Shown here piece after piece: positions 13,356 through 26,776 of a stretch of DNA of 64,000 bases. The notes below the pieces were generated by a model that was given only the letters and a program-made list of their open reading frames with translations, had not been told where the DNA came from and ran no database searches. A program made the position numbers and the translations under genes. This DNA comes from Tubulanus polymorphus (Eukaryota > Animalia > Nemertea), in NCBI RefSeq assembly GCF_964204645.1, contig NC_134036.1, positions 4,308,600 through 4,372,599 on the forward strand. The letters are read 5' to 3'. Positions within the stretch are counted from its first letter, which is position 1, and the number at the start of each line of letters is the position of its first letter.

Positions 13356-14591
13356 GCAAAATGTGTTTTTTTAATGAAATGAAATGCTACCAAGTTAGCA
13401 AAGTAAAAAAGGCCGATAGTTTAGAATTATATGCCCTTTGAGTTTGCAATAACTCTTATTACTAAGTTCAAAAGTCGAATCGTCGAAATAAATCACTAAA
13501 CCTTTTTGGAAACGATTTCGTTCTTAGCGTGACATTTCATATCATCTTTACGACACGGTAAAAGTGCTGCATTAATGTGTTAGCGAGTTATTAACGGTCG
13601 AATCGGTACGGACCACGTTCGCGTCCATTAAGATTCGATCGTAAAAATGTTTAAAGCTATAATAATTTTACCGTATACAAAATATGCATAATAAACATGT
13701 CATAAACATATGTAACCACGTAAGCACAACGCGGCGGTGGTCGCGCGTACGTATGCGGCCGGGGGGCGGTCCTGGGAAGCATGGCGTGGTCGCATCGTTA
13801 CGGTCAGTAACGCGCCGACCGAAGCGAGCGATTTTCGCTTTGCGCGTATTGCACAGATGCGACTCTCGCAGGATGGGCGATGATGGGTCCATTATACTAC
13901 GGGTCCGAGCGTATCGGCGATAGCTCGCGCTGAGATTGGATTGCGATTATACAAGTGGGATTACCGTCGACCGAAGCGGCGGCATCTGCCGCGATGCAGC
14001 CCGAAATGTATACGCACAAAGCCATTTCGGAAGGTTATCATCGTGATTAGTATGCGAGACCATTATAATGAATGCATGACTAATTTCGATTCGGGATTTG
14101 TACACGATTTAGTATATAACGGCGCGTCCGGCACCGCACAGGCGCTCGTGTACGAATTAAATAGCGATTTTCGACAATTTATGCTAATTTTCGCTATCGT
14201 TTCTATTCGCAGTGGAACGCCGGTTTAATGGCGTAGATTGTATATATGACTAGTAGAAAATGTCTCAGGCGGTTTGGGTATCTATACTAAACAAAATGAA
14301 AACGCGAATCATCGCGATTCAAACCGTGAATGCGTCGGTCCATTGAGAGAAGGGTGGAAGAATGCTTTCAACAGGATTCAAAAACATAAAACCAGCATCG
14401 CGAACATGAAACCCGAGACCGTTCAAAAACATGGAAGATACCCGACACCACGGTGAAAGACTGACCGACTCCTACCACCGGGATTCAAACTCGGGAACAC
14501 CGTATCGATGTAAGTGAAGGACTGACTGACTACTACCACCAGGATTCAAAATCAGGAACCTTGGATTGACAAGACACCATTACGCTAAAAC

Positions 14592-14682
14592 CTGACTGAC
14601 TGACTGACTGACTGACTGACTGACTGACTGACTGACTGGCTGGCTAGCTGGCTGGTTGGCTGGCTGGTGGCTGACTGACTGA
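14592..14682. repeat. Compound (CTGA)n/(CTGG)n microsatellite
   Basis: Directly visible. Confidence 0.95.
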
Positions 14683-15300
14683 CAGACTAAATAATGATTG
14701 CTACCAGCAGGATTCAAATACTTGAACGTTGGATTGCCTGGCTGATCGACTGCCCGAAGGACCGGCTGACTGGCTGACAGCTACAACCAGATCCACTCCC
14801 AAGTCAAAGATTAATGAGAGACCCTATACACAAATGACCGACGGCCATCGCGCCCGTTTAACGAAATCTATCACCGCAATTTCCGTACGCACCAACGCTT
14901 CATGTAATAACGCTACCAATTCGCCGGTATCGTCGAATTTACGCGGCCAAATCGCCCGAAATTGCCCGATAATCGCTTCGACAGCTTGTCGGTTATTAGA
15001 GAGAGAGAGAGAGAGAGAGAGAGCCGACCACAGATTCGTTTCGATCGTCGATGCAAGCTAGACTGTGGTGACAACCGGGCTGAGAGAGATCAGTTTCAGA
15101 TCAGCGCGGCGAACGCGTTTAATTAGGGCGTTAATCCGCGCCATGCGAGCCCGATAATCATCGTATCGCGCGAGCCCTGGCAGGCGAGCTGATAATTACG
15201 ACGACAACGACGACGACGACGATGGATGATGAATGGATAGCGGAGATCAACACCGGTGTTGATAGTGACGGATGCTGGAATCGATACCACGGCAACAGCG

Positions 15301-15472
15301 CAGCAACTGACCCCTGTACCGCGGTACTTGAATACTGGTCTACATTAAACAACCTTTCAGTAACTGACCCCGATACCGCGGTATTTAAACACAGGTTTAC
15401 ATTAAACAACCTTTCAGTAACTGACCCCTGTACCGCGGTATTTTAACACTGCTACAACCTTTCAGTAAGTGA
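15301..15472 (+). repeat. 57-bp minisatellite family A, about 3 units
   Basis: Same unit as 8525-8765. Confidence 0.95.
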
Positions 15473-16109
15473 CGCTCACGGCCGGAATATATGAAAGCTG
15501 GAATATGAAACTCATGAATATCTCAACTTCGGACCAGTTCGGAAAGAAGCGTTACTTAAAAATCGATCCGGCGAGCGGGCGCGCACCCGGAGCACAAGAG
15601 CCGTTCGGAGGCACGCGGAGGCGGGGTTCTCTATCTATGCCTCCCTGACTGCGCGAGATAATACAATAAAATATCAGATTACGCGACGCTCGTCGAATAA
15701 TCGCATTAATATACTCAGTCGGCGTTCCGGCTACTTATCGACGAGAAACTAATCAACGAGAAAATTACAGCCCAACAACTCTCCCTCCCTCCCTCTCTCT
15801 CTCTCTCACTCTATCCCGCTTTCTTTCGCTGTAATATTTCAGCCATCGAGTTCCGACCGTATGCGCGTACACTGAGCTCGACTATTATACCTGGCGCGAA
15901 GACCGCGGCGGGTATTATGTCATTTTATAATGATGTAGCACACCCATGTATGGAGTGCTCGTTATCTGTTACTGATCAAGTGGATATTTTTCTAATTACG
16001 CTTCGTAATGATTAGCTCTGTGTGTGTTTCGATTTAATTACATTTAGCTGTATTATAATACGAACGTAATAAATAATTTGCTCGCTGAATACTTTGTATC
16101 CGCGCGCGG

Positions 16110-16445
16110 CTGTTTTAATTCGGCTCTGAATCCAGTTCAACAGTGTAATTCGGGTTTAATTTGACCGAAACATCCAGCTCCCCAACTGTCATTTTTTCAA
16201 TTCGAATTTGGATCCAGTTCCAGTTAATTTGATATGGATTTAGACCCACCGTTGTGTGGGTATAATTTGACGCAGGATCCAGTTCCAAGATTGAGTGGAC
16301 TTAATTCGATTCTACACCCAGTTCCACAGTTGTGTGGGTTTATTTTAACATAGACCCGCTTCCAAAGTTGTGTAGGTTTAATTGGATTTTAGATCCAGCT
16401 CCACAGTGTTGTGCGGGTTTAATTCGACTATAACCCCAGTTTTCC
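16110..16445 (+). repeat. Family B array
   Basis: About 8 degenerate units. Confidence 0.85.
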
Positions 16446-19400
16446 ATGTATTGTATATAGGCTACTACGCTCTGCGATTCATTGAAATAATTTCTGAAGT
16501 AAAATTTTTCCCCCAAATCTTTATCGTCAGCAATTCACGCGATGGACCGTACACGTCCCAAAACCAGCAACGAGATGGCGATCGTTTCCACGCACGAATC
16601 GAACATTTTCGAAAATTTATCTTCCGGCGCTTATAAAGCCCGGTTGACGAGGAGACTTGCCGAGTAAGATAGGGCGTGGGGCTTAAAGGGTTAATCCGCT
16701 CGGTCTCCTGACGCCGACAGATAGATAGATAATTAGCGCGCTCATTTCATCATCCGATTGATTATCGATTTCGTTGGTGCTTTCTTTTTTTTACATCGGC
16801 GAAAGAATTGCGCGCGTTTGCGATATCGATGTTTATTATAGACCTGCGCTGTGGACGCGCGTGCACGGTGGCTTTCGTGGAAGGATATGTATTGACAGGT
16901 TTTCCGTAGAAAAATAGATGGATGTTCATATCGCCGAATTTACCATGACTCGCTTAAAAATGAAAGCCATTTTGTTGAAATGTTGATCTTGATAGTGCTG
17001 ATCTTGAAATAGAGATGATATCCCTCTTAATTATTTGCTTGGTTAGTTTATACTTTTTTATATACTCATTTGGTGTCCCTTGAAGCTTTTCATTTCGAAA
17101 GGGTCACTTACCGAAACAGTTTTTTTTAAACCACGTTAGATGGGTCAGTCATTAAATCAACTGGTGGTTTTTTATAGCAACCAGTGTTAAAATATCTCGG
17201 TAAACAGGGGTCAGTTGGAATTGTAGCTGATTATGACAGTGTCGCAAAACGTATTTCAACACGTAGAAAAGAATAAAATCATGAACCAAACTCTTCTCAC
17301 CGAAGTTCGCGTCATTTAACGACGACGGCGGCAACGGCGTCGCCCCCTTCACCGTGAGAAAATAACAATAAACCCGGCATTGTATATCCTCATTCGCGCG
17401 CTTTTTTTCGCGAGTAGAAACCTTTGAACGCGCTGTGTCGGGGATGAGACGAAGACGCTTCGTACAGAAGATGAAACGGGCGAATCGATCCGACTGAGCA
17501 CGAAAAAAAAACGACAACAAACAAACGAACGCAAATATTTAATACGCGTGATCGGCGCGAAGTGACGCGGGTTTTTTAATCGGTTTTTTTTTGTGCGCCC
17601 AATTTTCGGTATCGATATCAAAAGGCGTTTGTTTCGTTCGACTATCTAGGCGGTGGCGGGCGTTGCGGTTTTGTTGACGCCTTCAGCGTGTAGGTTTATC
17701 CGATACCGAACGATTATATCGTAGCGATGTTTTCGCTTACTTACCCCCTTTATACAACAACCTCTAAACCGACGAGGACTCGATATTCGACTGCGGTAAT
17801 CGAGGATTCCGCTCGCGGCAAGCGAGGATCCGCCGTGCGCGCTAGTGGCGCGCGTTCCGACGACGAAACCCGGATTTCTTTTCAGACATGATTAGAACCG
17901 ATCCATAATTCATCGAAGATTATGAACCCCCTTTGATTTAAAATTTGCATTAATAGAATCTTGTAATCTTTTGAACTTTGTTTAAAGTGGGTTTTAAACT
18001 TATTATACAATCTGAAATTCAACTTATTTGGGCAATGTTGATAGTTATTTTAAAGTCTCCATCCATATCAAACCATGGAAATGGCCGAGTGTAAATAAAT
18101 TCCAAATCCATAATTTTCCAAAAACCCCTTAAGACCCCCCTTCAAGCCTCGTACGTTCGTTCGTCCTTGGCTTTTACCTCAAACCCCTAAACACTCTAAT
18201 CTCGTACCTACGAGCGCTTAATCACTAACGCGGCCATCATGAATATTATTGCGCCAGAGCAAAACGTTACCACGGCAACACCGGCGCATCAGTACTCCAC
18301 GAGGCTCGCTGAACGCAGCGATATCGACGCTGCATAAATAACCCGTTTCCGACGTCGCACGGAAACGCCCGAACGTCGAATAAAACGCGGGTAATTACGA
18401 CGGGCCGCCGACACTAGCTGATCATGATCATTATATAGTAATTAAAATATTCCATCGTAGTTATTAAAATATTCCATCATCCGATTTGAAATACACCAAT
18501 CGTATTCGAAACGGTCCGATTTGAAATGCACCAATTGCAGACATTGACTTTGACATATGAAAATAATCGTCTATAACGGGTTGTGTCTCTCTGAAAAAGT
18601 TTCTGGAAAATCTAGAATTTCTTAATCGATCGAAATGTACAAATACCTTAAACCCGATACCGCAACATTTTTTTCGTTTTCGAAAAAGTTCCCAATTCCC
18701 TATTCGTAATAATCGAATCTGACGACATCGTTCAATTCGACGACCTATTTTACGATTACCTATTTTGGCGTATTCTATTTTTAAGTTCGGAGGATCGTTT
18801 TTCTGCGTCGTCGTTGCATTTTTATTTTCGTTGGTGCAAATTGATCGTTTTGAGTATCGCGTGCATGGAACACTTTAATATAGAATCTACATATACCGGA
18901 TACAAAAAGCACCACGCCCTAATAGATATATACATACACGTATAATGGTCGCCAATCTCTCTATCCTCTCTACACTGTCATTATCTATTTGAAACATACT
19001 CCCTTTATTTCTATCTTATCGTTACTAAACCATTTTACAGTTGGCTAGCCGCCATATTGATATAGGCTACGTCAGGTGATTGTTTCTTTCTTTTAAAAAC
19101 TAATTGCGACGCGTCGAATTTTATGATATTTCATGGGTCCATTAAGGATGGTCTTGTCGAAATTGATTATTGCAATGAACCTACGTCGAGACTAATTTGC
19201 ATGAATTTATCTTAATTCTCACTTATTTATCTAGCTGATTTCAAACTTAAATTCATTATGTAACTCCATAGGTTTATTGAATTTACTTAACATTTTTGTC
19301 AAATACTATAACACTATAGTAATCCTGTAGTAATAGCATGTAGTCGACACGGAGTATACGTCTCAGGGAAGCATTTCCGAATATTTTTATTCTTAGCGCG

Positions 19401-21519
19401 CAGGGATTTTATATCATCTTACACAACACGGACTCATAGTGTTTCATCAACGGCCAGCCTAGCCAACGCGAACTACCTGTCTCCCTGAACTGCATTCTCG
19501 TTCACAAAAGAAAAAAAAAATTAAGAAGGAAGGTTCGCAGAGGGAAATGCGTAAGGGCATAACCGGTGACTGCATTGAACTGATGTAAATCTCGGTGTAG
19601 AGTTAACGAATAGAACCCACAGTTACAAAACAGTTTATTGCCTCACAGTTTCGCGGTTCAAACTAAACCTCATCAGATAAGAAGATTTTTTAAAGAAGTA
19701 ACTGTGGGTTTGATTCGTTGACATAACTGTGTGGGTTTTATTCGTGGACACAACCGGTTTTCGAAGCCAGCGGTTTGCACGGATATGGCGGCGTAGAGGC
19801 GACAGAGCAAGGAACAAAAAAACGCGAATTCGACCGCGCTATACCAATGGCCACGAAATACCGTTAACAGAGACGGGAGAGGGAGAGATGTAAGATACGG
19901 AGACTCGGCAACGATTAGCGATCGATTCCGTAACGCGATCCAAAACTTATTAAGACGCCGCGGCGGCGATTCAAAGCCGGCGGCCGTATTTTTGTTGACA
20001 GCCAGGCAATATACGGGAAGAGCGCCGTCATCGGAGAGACGGGCGGTAGAACCGGCGGGCGCGATGTATCGATCAACGCAACTGTCAACACCAGTGAAAG
20101 CGATCGGTAATTGCGAGCGTGTTGAATAACCCCCCGAACGCGGCGAGGTGTACAGCTCGGCTCGTTGATTAGGCGCTATATAAGTATCGCCGGCCCCGGA
20201 CATATCAGACGTCAACGACACCCGTCGCCCATTTGAAATTCTAATTTTTCGTTCGAAATCGTCCTCGTCGAATAAGGGGTACATCGAAGCTATAAGTACC
20301 TGCCTGATTTCTGCCTAATGGCATCGGGCTGAAATAACTACGGGCTTCTGACACTGTTCTCAAGAAATTGATGAATTATATTGATCGAAAGACTTTACTG
20401 ATATTGCCTATTGAATCATTTAAATGTACATTAAAACTTTGTAACTTCTCCCGGTGTCCATCGACTTGAATTACATTGTTATTACCTATATTGTTAATGT
20501 AATTCAATTCGTAAATAAAGAATTTAAAGAATATAGAAATTCTTTCCTGCCTCGGAGCAGGTGTTAAAAGAGTGTTTACACCAATTTGGCACCGGCAATA
20601 CTGAAACAGCCAAAATCGGTTCGGACTGGTCTCGGGGAAGTTGTTGAATAACAAAAATATTCGCTTGTTTCACAAAAACTACACGATGTACTCCTCGTCG
20701 AAAAGGGTTTGCAGTTTGGGACCACCGATAATATTCTGTTTACCTTTTCACTCAAGTGAGGGGTCAGACAGAATGAAGGAAAAACAGCTGTTAGAGAGAT
20801 TGATATTGATATCAGCATTTCAGAATTACCCACAGTGTTGATGACTTTAATGATTTATTTCGCGACAGTTTCGGAGTTTTGTTAAACTTCATCATCAAGG
20901 AAACATAAAACAGAAAGAAACGAAAAACAGTTTGTTTGATGACGAAGTTAAGACAAAACTTCGACAAACTGTCACAAAATAAATTGTCAAATCGTAAACT
21001 CTCCATAAAACAGATCCATTGTTATACGGTCACGCCGATGTCTTTGAAGAAATTGAAAACATTTTTTTTTGTCGAGAGAAATCCCACAATAACTAAGCCA
21101 AAATTGAAAAATTCTGTATCAGAATGATTCTATTTGAGGAGCGACGTTTCGGCTAACAACTATTAGCCATCATCAGGCGTACTGAATCTTTTTTTTTTGT
21201 TTTTGGTCTGCAATCGACGCTATACGTTTTCGCGCAATCGGATGAAAGTGGTCGACCGATTTGCACAGAAAAAAACACCGTCGCGCGTCGAGAATAGATA
21301 CGACGAAAAAACAAAAAACCGCCCGATCATCATCACCAGACTGACTGTCGCTCAAACCGGTAATTATATCTAGAAATACTATCGCCTCAAACTATCGACA
21401 CGCCCTGTTCCTGGTCGCTAAAACAAAAGGCTGACGACAAAAGCGATTACAGTTCATTTGTCAGTTGAGTTTGACAGTAGATTCGTCGTTTTAGATTCTT
21501 TGATAGTATGAGTCTGAAC

Positions 21520-21915
21520 CGAGTAAACAGTTATGTGGAATTAATTCGAATCTGAAGGATCCAATTCCACAGGGGCGTGGGTTCAATTTGTCTCTGGATC
21601 CAGTTCCACAGTGTTGTATCGATTTGAATTTAAGTCTGAACCCAGTTACACAGTAGTGTGGGTTTGATTTTCCACATTGTTGAATGGGCTTTATCGGTAC
21701 TAGGATCCAGTTTTACAGTTGCTAAACTCTGAACGTACTTTCAAGGTTGCGTGGTTTCGACTAGACTGCATCCCAGTTCCACTGTTGAATGGGCTTCATT
21801 AGTCTCTGGAAAAAGTTCCACACTTGCTCGAATCCGAACCAAGTTTCACAGTTGCGTGGGTCTGATCTGGCTGAACCCAGTTCCGAACAGCGTGTGCGAG
21901 TTAAAATCGAGTCCA
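21520..21915 (+). repeat. Family B array
   Basis: About 9 degenerate units. Confidence 0.85.
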
Positions 21916-23111
21916 AAAATCAACAGAACATCCTTACAGAAAAAAAACCACGCAACAACACACGTTCGATTCGGTATTATCGGTAAGATCATATTAAGAC
22001 TCAAACTCTTTTTTTTCGGGTAAGTATATATAGTTAAGCAGATCTCCCCAAAAGCGGGGAACAGATATAGAACGAAGATTATTCCTCCAGCCTCTCACGT
22101 GCATCGTTCAGCATCATTACGTGCCGTGATGCCAAAACGTACCTAGCTCGATCATAACAGCACGAGGCAATAGTGTATTATTAATACGGCGTCGTTATTA
22201 TATTTCTTTGTTCGGGCGAACAAAAAAAAGAAAAGCGACGTCGAAACAGAACACAGAAACGATCGGCAAAAATCGACGTCGTCGTCGTGACTCATAGCGA
22301 GCGTTGCGGGCTTTAAAGCAACGCGTCGCTCCATCGAACCCCGGCCGATCGATATAATATCCTATCGATATTACCGTTGCCGTGATTGATGATTACACCT
22401 CGGTGTAATCCAGTAGCCACCGGCGACATCTACCGGTAAAAGCGAGAACCTCGCCGTCGCCGTCGTCGTCGGCGGCGATGGGACTAGTAGCTCCCTCTGC
22501 GAATAGTTCGCCGAACTAACCTAGTCAGCCGCCCGAAGCGTCGAATACATCGCCATCTACGAGTAGACTAGGGAACTATTTCACGTAACAAGTTGGCTGG
22601 AAGTTTAACTTTCGAATTGCTACAGGCTTTCGCGAAAAGAGGGGGGAACTTTTTAAGACATAATTATACCTTTCCGTAAAGAAAATACATACTTCCTCCA
22701 GTTGGCGATTTAAGTTTTTCGTAGAAATGAAGCAGATATTGTTTCTCCGATAGGGAAAACGACTTATGGAGATTAGATGAATAACGTTTTACAAAAAATA
22801 CGACACATCGTTTGGACGAGCTACGTGGTACTAACGAGGGGACCTATTTTCGAAGTGATGGGGGTAGATTCGACCGAAAAAAGGGGTCTGTTTTTACTTT
22901 TCAAACTCAATTCGAACGCTACGCCTAAAAAATAACGGAACCTATCCTAAGCGTTATTTTCGATAGTTTTACTCGACTCGGGCGCTAGCAAAACATCAGA
23001 TCGCATTGCGTGCAGTAGAATACGACTGAATCGACCACGGAGCTCGCGTACTGGTTTAAATAAACTGAAGATATATAGTTTAACGAAGACGATAAAGATG
23101 GCGACACTTAC

Positions 23112-23191
23112 TGGCATAGTCTGGCTCCCGTGGAGCGCGTTGATGGCTGCTTGTGCCTCGTTGTGGGAGCTAAATTTCACAAATGCACAAC
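23112..23191 (-). CDS. CELF3-6/Bruno-3/UNC-75 family protein, internal exon encoding the second half of RRM2
   Basis: Translation (G)[26 protein letters not shown] completes RNP1 KGCAFVKF across the junction; ALHGSQTMP is typical of CELF3-6. Acceptor tttttttag|, donor CCA|gtaagt. 80 nt, phase 1 to phase 0, separated from the previous exon by a 991-nt intron. Confidence 0.96.
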
Positions 23192-23916
23192 CTAAAAAAA
23201 TATTTAAACGAATAAAATCATTATGTCAATGATACAAAATGCCAACGTCAATGTTTACAGGACTGGTAATACACCATTAACTATCCCCGATTACTCTCCC
23301 CGAGCTAAGCTAGTTAAGCTATAAGGATTAGAAAACTGATATATTTAGAAAGGAGTATATTCCATTACAAAAGATAATTCTTCATTTATGTTTGAAATAT
23401 CTCGGGTGGTTCCTCAGTCTTAAATGATACCTCGAATAAATTATAGAATGAAATATATAAGATACATATTTGAATGTGATACGAAACGAATCACTGCACA
23501 CATTTTGAATGAATTAACGAATTTCATTTGATCAGGAAGAAAGCACCAAAAATATATCCGATAGTTTTTGGATGAAAATGAATTTTTCAGCCCATTAACT
23601 AGTGTCGAATTATACAATCTTCGGCGGTTCATTACGGATATTGTGATTGAGCGATTCGTCGTTATTGTCTTGATGACCTGCTATATAGTTTAAGTAGATT
23701 TAGAACGTGTAACCACAAACTTCCAATTGAAACTGGTGCTATAGGGGACAAATTCAATATATATTATGTTGTCCAACCCTTGATAATTTAAGGACCAAGT
23801 ACATTGACAGAAAATTTTCAATTTATCCAAACCAGTATAAATTCCCTTCCCTTATGCAGACAAAAACATCCGAACACTTAATAATTTATGTATCTTCATA
23901 AGTAAAATTGCTAAAA

Positions 23917-24053
23917 TAGAATGTTCTATTTTTCACTCATATTGTCTAATTTGTAGACCTTGAGTTTGTCAAATAAAATTTTCTACTTTTTTGTAGAATG
24001 TTCTATTTTTCACTCATATTGTCTAATTTGTAGACCTTGAGTTTGTCAGATAA
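23917..24053 (+). repeat. Local tandem duplication in the intron between the RRM2 exons
   Basis: TAGAATGTTCTATTTTTCACTCATATTGTCTAATTTGTAGACCTTGAGTTTGTCA occurs twice. Confidence 0.9.
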
Positions 24054-24182
24054 ACTGTAAACTGTAAACTGTTAGTTTTTATAGACGTTTTCAATCGGTC
24101 AGATTTCTTTTCTTTAATTTTCTAATTACGACTTAACTGCTGGAACTGGGAATTTCTATCTCTCGTGCGGGACGACACTGAC

Positions 24183-24311
24183 CTTTTGAATTGCCGTTCT
24201 GGTCTCGTAGTATCGTGCACTCTTCTATGGAGCCGTACGGGTCGAATAGGCGTCTGACGTCTTCTTCCGCCTGTTGCTTGTTGAGCATGCCCACGAACAG
24301 TTTACGGTCCT
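24183..24311 (-). CDS. CELF3-6/Bruno-3/UNC-75 family RNA-binding protein, internal exon encoding the first half of RRM2
   Basis: Manual translation gives (E)[42 protein letters not shown](G), containing RNP2 LFVGML and closely matching CELF3-6 RRM2. Acceptor tcgccgcag| with an upstream T-rich tract, donor AAG|gtcagt. 129 nt, phase 1 to phase 1. Confidence 0.96.
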
Positions 24312-24499
24312 CTGCGGCGACACCGGCAAAAACAAAAGACAGAAAAAAACGAAAATTAAACGGCCGTCGTTTATGGCGTATCGCCGGTTACTCTCTTTTT
24401 TTTCGACTTGAGGACTTTCGATAATCATCGAGTATATGTCGAAATTCAAAATCAAACACTGAGAGATGGATTTGTTATCGTGGACTTTTTGCATTCGAC

Positions 24500-24810
24500 T
24501 GTGGATTTGTTTCCAGAGCGAGTTTAATTCGACAATATTGAAACCAGTACCACTGTTTTGAGGGTCTAATTTTTCTCGGGGCCATTTCCAGAACCGAAGT
24601 TGTGTGGGTTTAATTTGTATCCGAACCCCGTTCCACAGTTGTGTGGGTTTAATTTGACTTCGGACACAGTTCCACAGTTGTGCATGGGTTTTAATTTGTC
24701 TTTGGATCCAGTATCACAGCTAGATCATTTTCAATTTGTGTGCTTTTAATCTATTTCTGGATCAAGTTCCAAAGTTATATGGATTATGATCAGTCTTTGA
24801 ACCCACATTT
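24500..24810 (+). repeat. Family B array
   Basis: Includes near-consensus GTTCCACAGTTGTGTGGGTTTAATTTGAC. Confidence 0.85.
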
Positions 24811-25764
24811 CTACGAGTGTATGAATACAATTTGACATTTACATTTCATCAATAACCTATTAGAAGTGATATATATGTATGACTTGAAAGCTTTATATTT
24901 GACTTTCAACGATAAATGCATTTCGAAATGCAAAAGGACAATATTCATGCAAATCGATGAGCGCGGTGAATTAGCCCGTGCTGACACCTGCTAAGAGAAT
25001 AGCGAACTAAATCATCGATATCGCCACGCGTTTCAAACGAACCGCCCGATCACCGGCAGCCTCCGTAAACGCGGACGACGTCGCCATCTAGCGACGGACG
25101 GTCGAGTTTATTAAAAGCGAGATACGCGCATTAGCGGTAGTAAACGAATATTATCCGCGAAACGGATGCCCGCAAGGCGGGCTTTGATCAGCAGTAACTA
25201 AAAACGCGAGCCCTCGCTCGAATCGATTTACAACCGGCAGAATCCACTATTTCACAAAGACTGCGCGCGCTCGAAGTTAACGTTCTTAACCGCGGGCGAA
25301 ATTGCGCAATTTGTCCATAGATGTATATATTATTTTCATTGTTCGTAATACCATATACCTGGTAAGTATATAAGTAAGTATATAAAGAAGGCGTATGTTT
25401 AGCGAATGCTATGAAATCTTTGAAGGTTTCATCAACAATAATGGAAAGGTAACCGCGTTTAAGCGTAATACAACTTATATTAAAGTCGGAAAGTTCGAGG
25501 TCTTGAAGTTTTTTTTACCGACACCATTTACGGTTAAGTATCTAAACGGCATAAAACGTATTGTCTTATCCACGTAATGAAGTCGGAAGGGACACGAATG
25601 AATATGCGTGTCTAGGAATAAATGTTATTACCGTTGATGAAACGAGTTTCCTGACAGAATAGCAGAAACGCTTCGCTGTGCGGTTCGCGCCCGGTTGTGC
25701 GTTTAAAAGCCGGCGCATGAAAATGTCAATTCGTCCCCGGAGGCGGGAACTTGATCTGAAGAGA

Positions 25765-25935
25765 AATTAAGCCCACACAACTGTGGAACTGGGTCCAGAG
25801 TTGAATTCGACCCGCACACGTGGAACTAAATCCAGAGTCAAATCTAACCCACGCATTATTGTGGAACTGGAGAGTCGAATTCAATCCACGAAACCGTGGA
25901 ACTGCCGATCCCAGCAGAGTCGAATTAAACTCGAA
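25765..25935 (-). repeat. Family B array, reverse orientation
   Basis: AAATTAAGCCCACACAACTGTGGAACTGGGTCCAGAG and related units. Confidence 0.85.
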
Positions 25936-26654
25936 TCAGTGATTCCCTGTGAAGACGAATTTCATTCGGCTCGACTCGAATTCATGAACTCATTCCCGCA
26001 AATCTTCTCTTGATCATCAAAAGCGATCTCTGCGACGCATCTAGAATTGAAATCTTTCGATACCGCCAAGTTCGTTCTTGTAGTTCTCTGAATTTAAATC
26101 CAGTCACGCGCGCGCGCGCCGCTCCGCCGTTGCGAGAGCGGTACTATAACTGAAAGGCTTGCGCACGATGGCGCTGTGATAAATTATAGAAGCCTTCTAT
26201 CTGTGTGTGATACACGACGAGCGGTGGATGAGATGTAAATCGTGATTGGATCTGGGAACACGACCGGGCCGCTGCATCGCTCAGATTCGCATATCAAAGC
26301 CCTTCGATATCCAGAGAAGAAACGATATCGCGTTCGCGGGATCTTCTTTGCGTGCTCGAGGCAGTAGTACTTCGTTAAAGTCTTTTCTTAACTATAATCT
26401 ACGGGTTTGGTGCCACGCTATTTTAACTATTACTAATAAAATATCGAACACCGCTAAAGACATTGCTTATTTGAGTTGAAAATTTGTTTTAACCGTTATT
26501 CTTCTAGGAATAAATAGAGACTGCTTTGATCGATCTGATTCAAAATACTTTCATTGACCTTCATCGCGAGGCAACGAAAGTCTGGTATAACCGGCCGCCG
26601 CCATTGCAAATGTATCTTTCCAACCCTTAAGACCGACGAGAAAGGACAGTCCAG

Positions 26655-26776
26655 CGATTAGAACGGTCGCAATAGGTTCTCGGTGAACCCCTATCCTCAC
26701 AGCTGTAGTGGGAGAGCGGCGAGTAGAACAGATACAAAAGGTTCTAGAAGAACCCCTCTCCTCACAGCTGTAGCGG
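26655..26776 (+). repeat. ~65-bp repeat family G, about 2 units
   Basis: CTCACAGCTG at 26696 and 26761. Confidence 0.85.

Noticed and set aside
17735-17750. Strong minus-strand donor-like GTAAGT sites (also near 9575, 31255 and 56415)
   Set aside because: No supporting upstream in-frame ORF or acceptor was found.
19673-20284. 203-aa ORF, and similar long ORFs at 10703, 43316, 48314 and 59760
   Set aside because: No recognisable domain; they run through GC-rich islands, repeats or presumed UTR and lack phase-consistent splice signals.
22947-23180. ORF track call of a 77-aa protein
   Set aside because: Only 23112-23191 is exon; the rest is read-through past the gtaagt donor.
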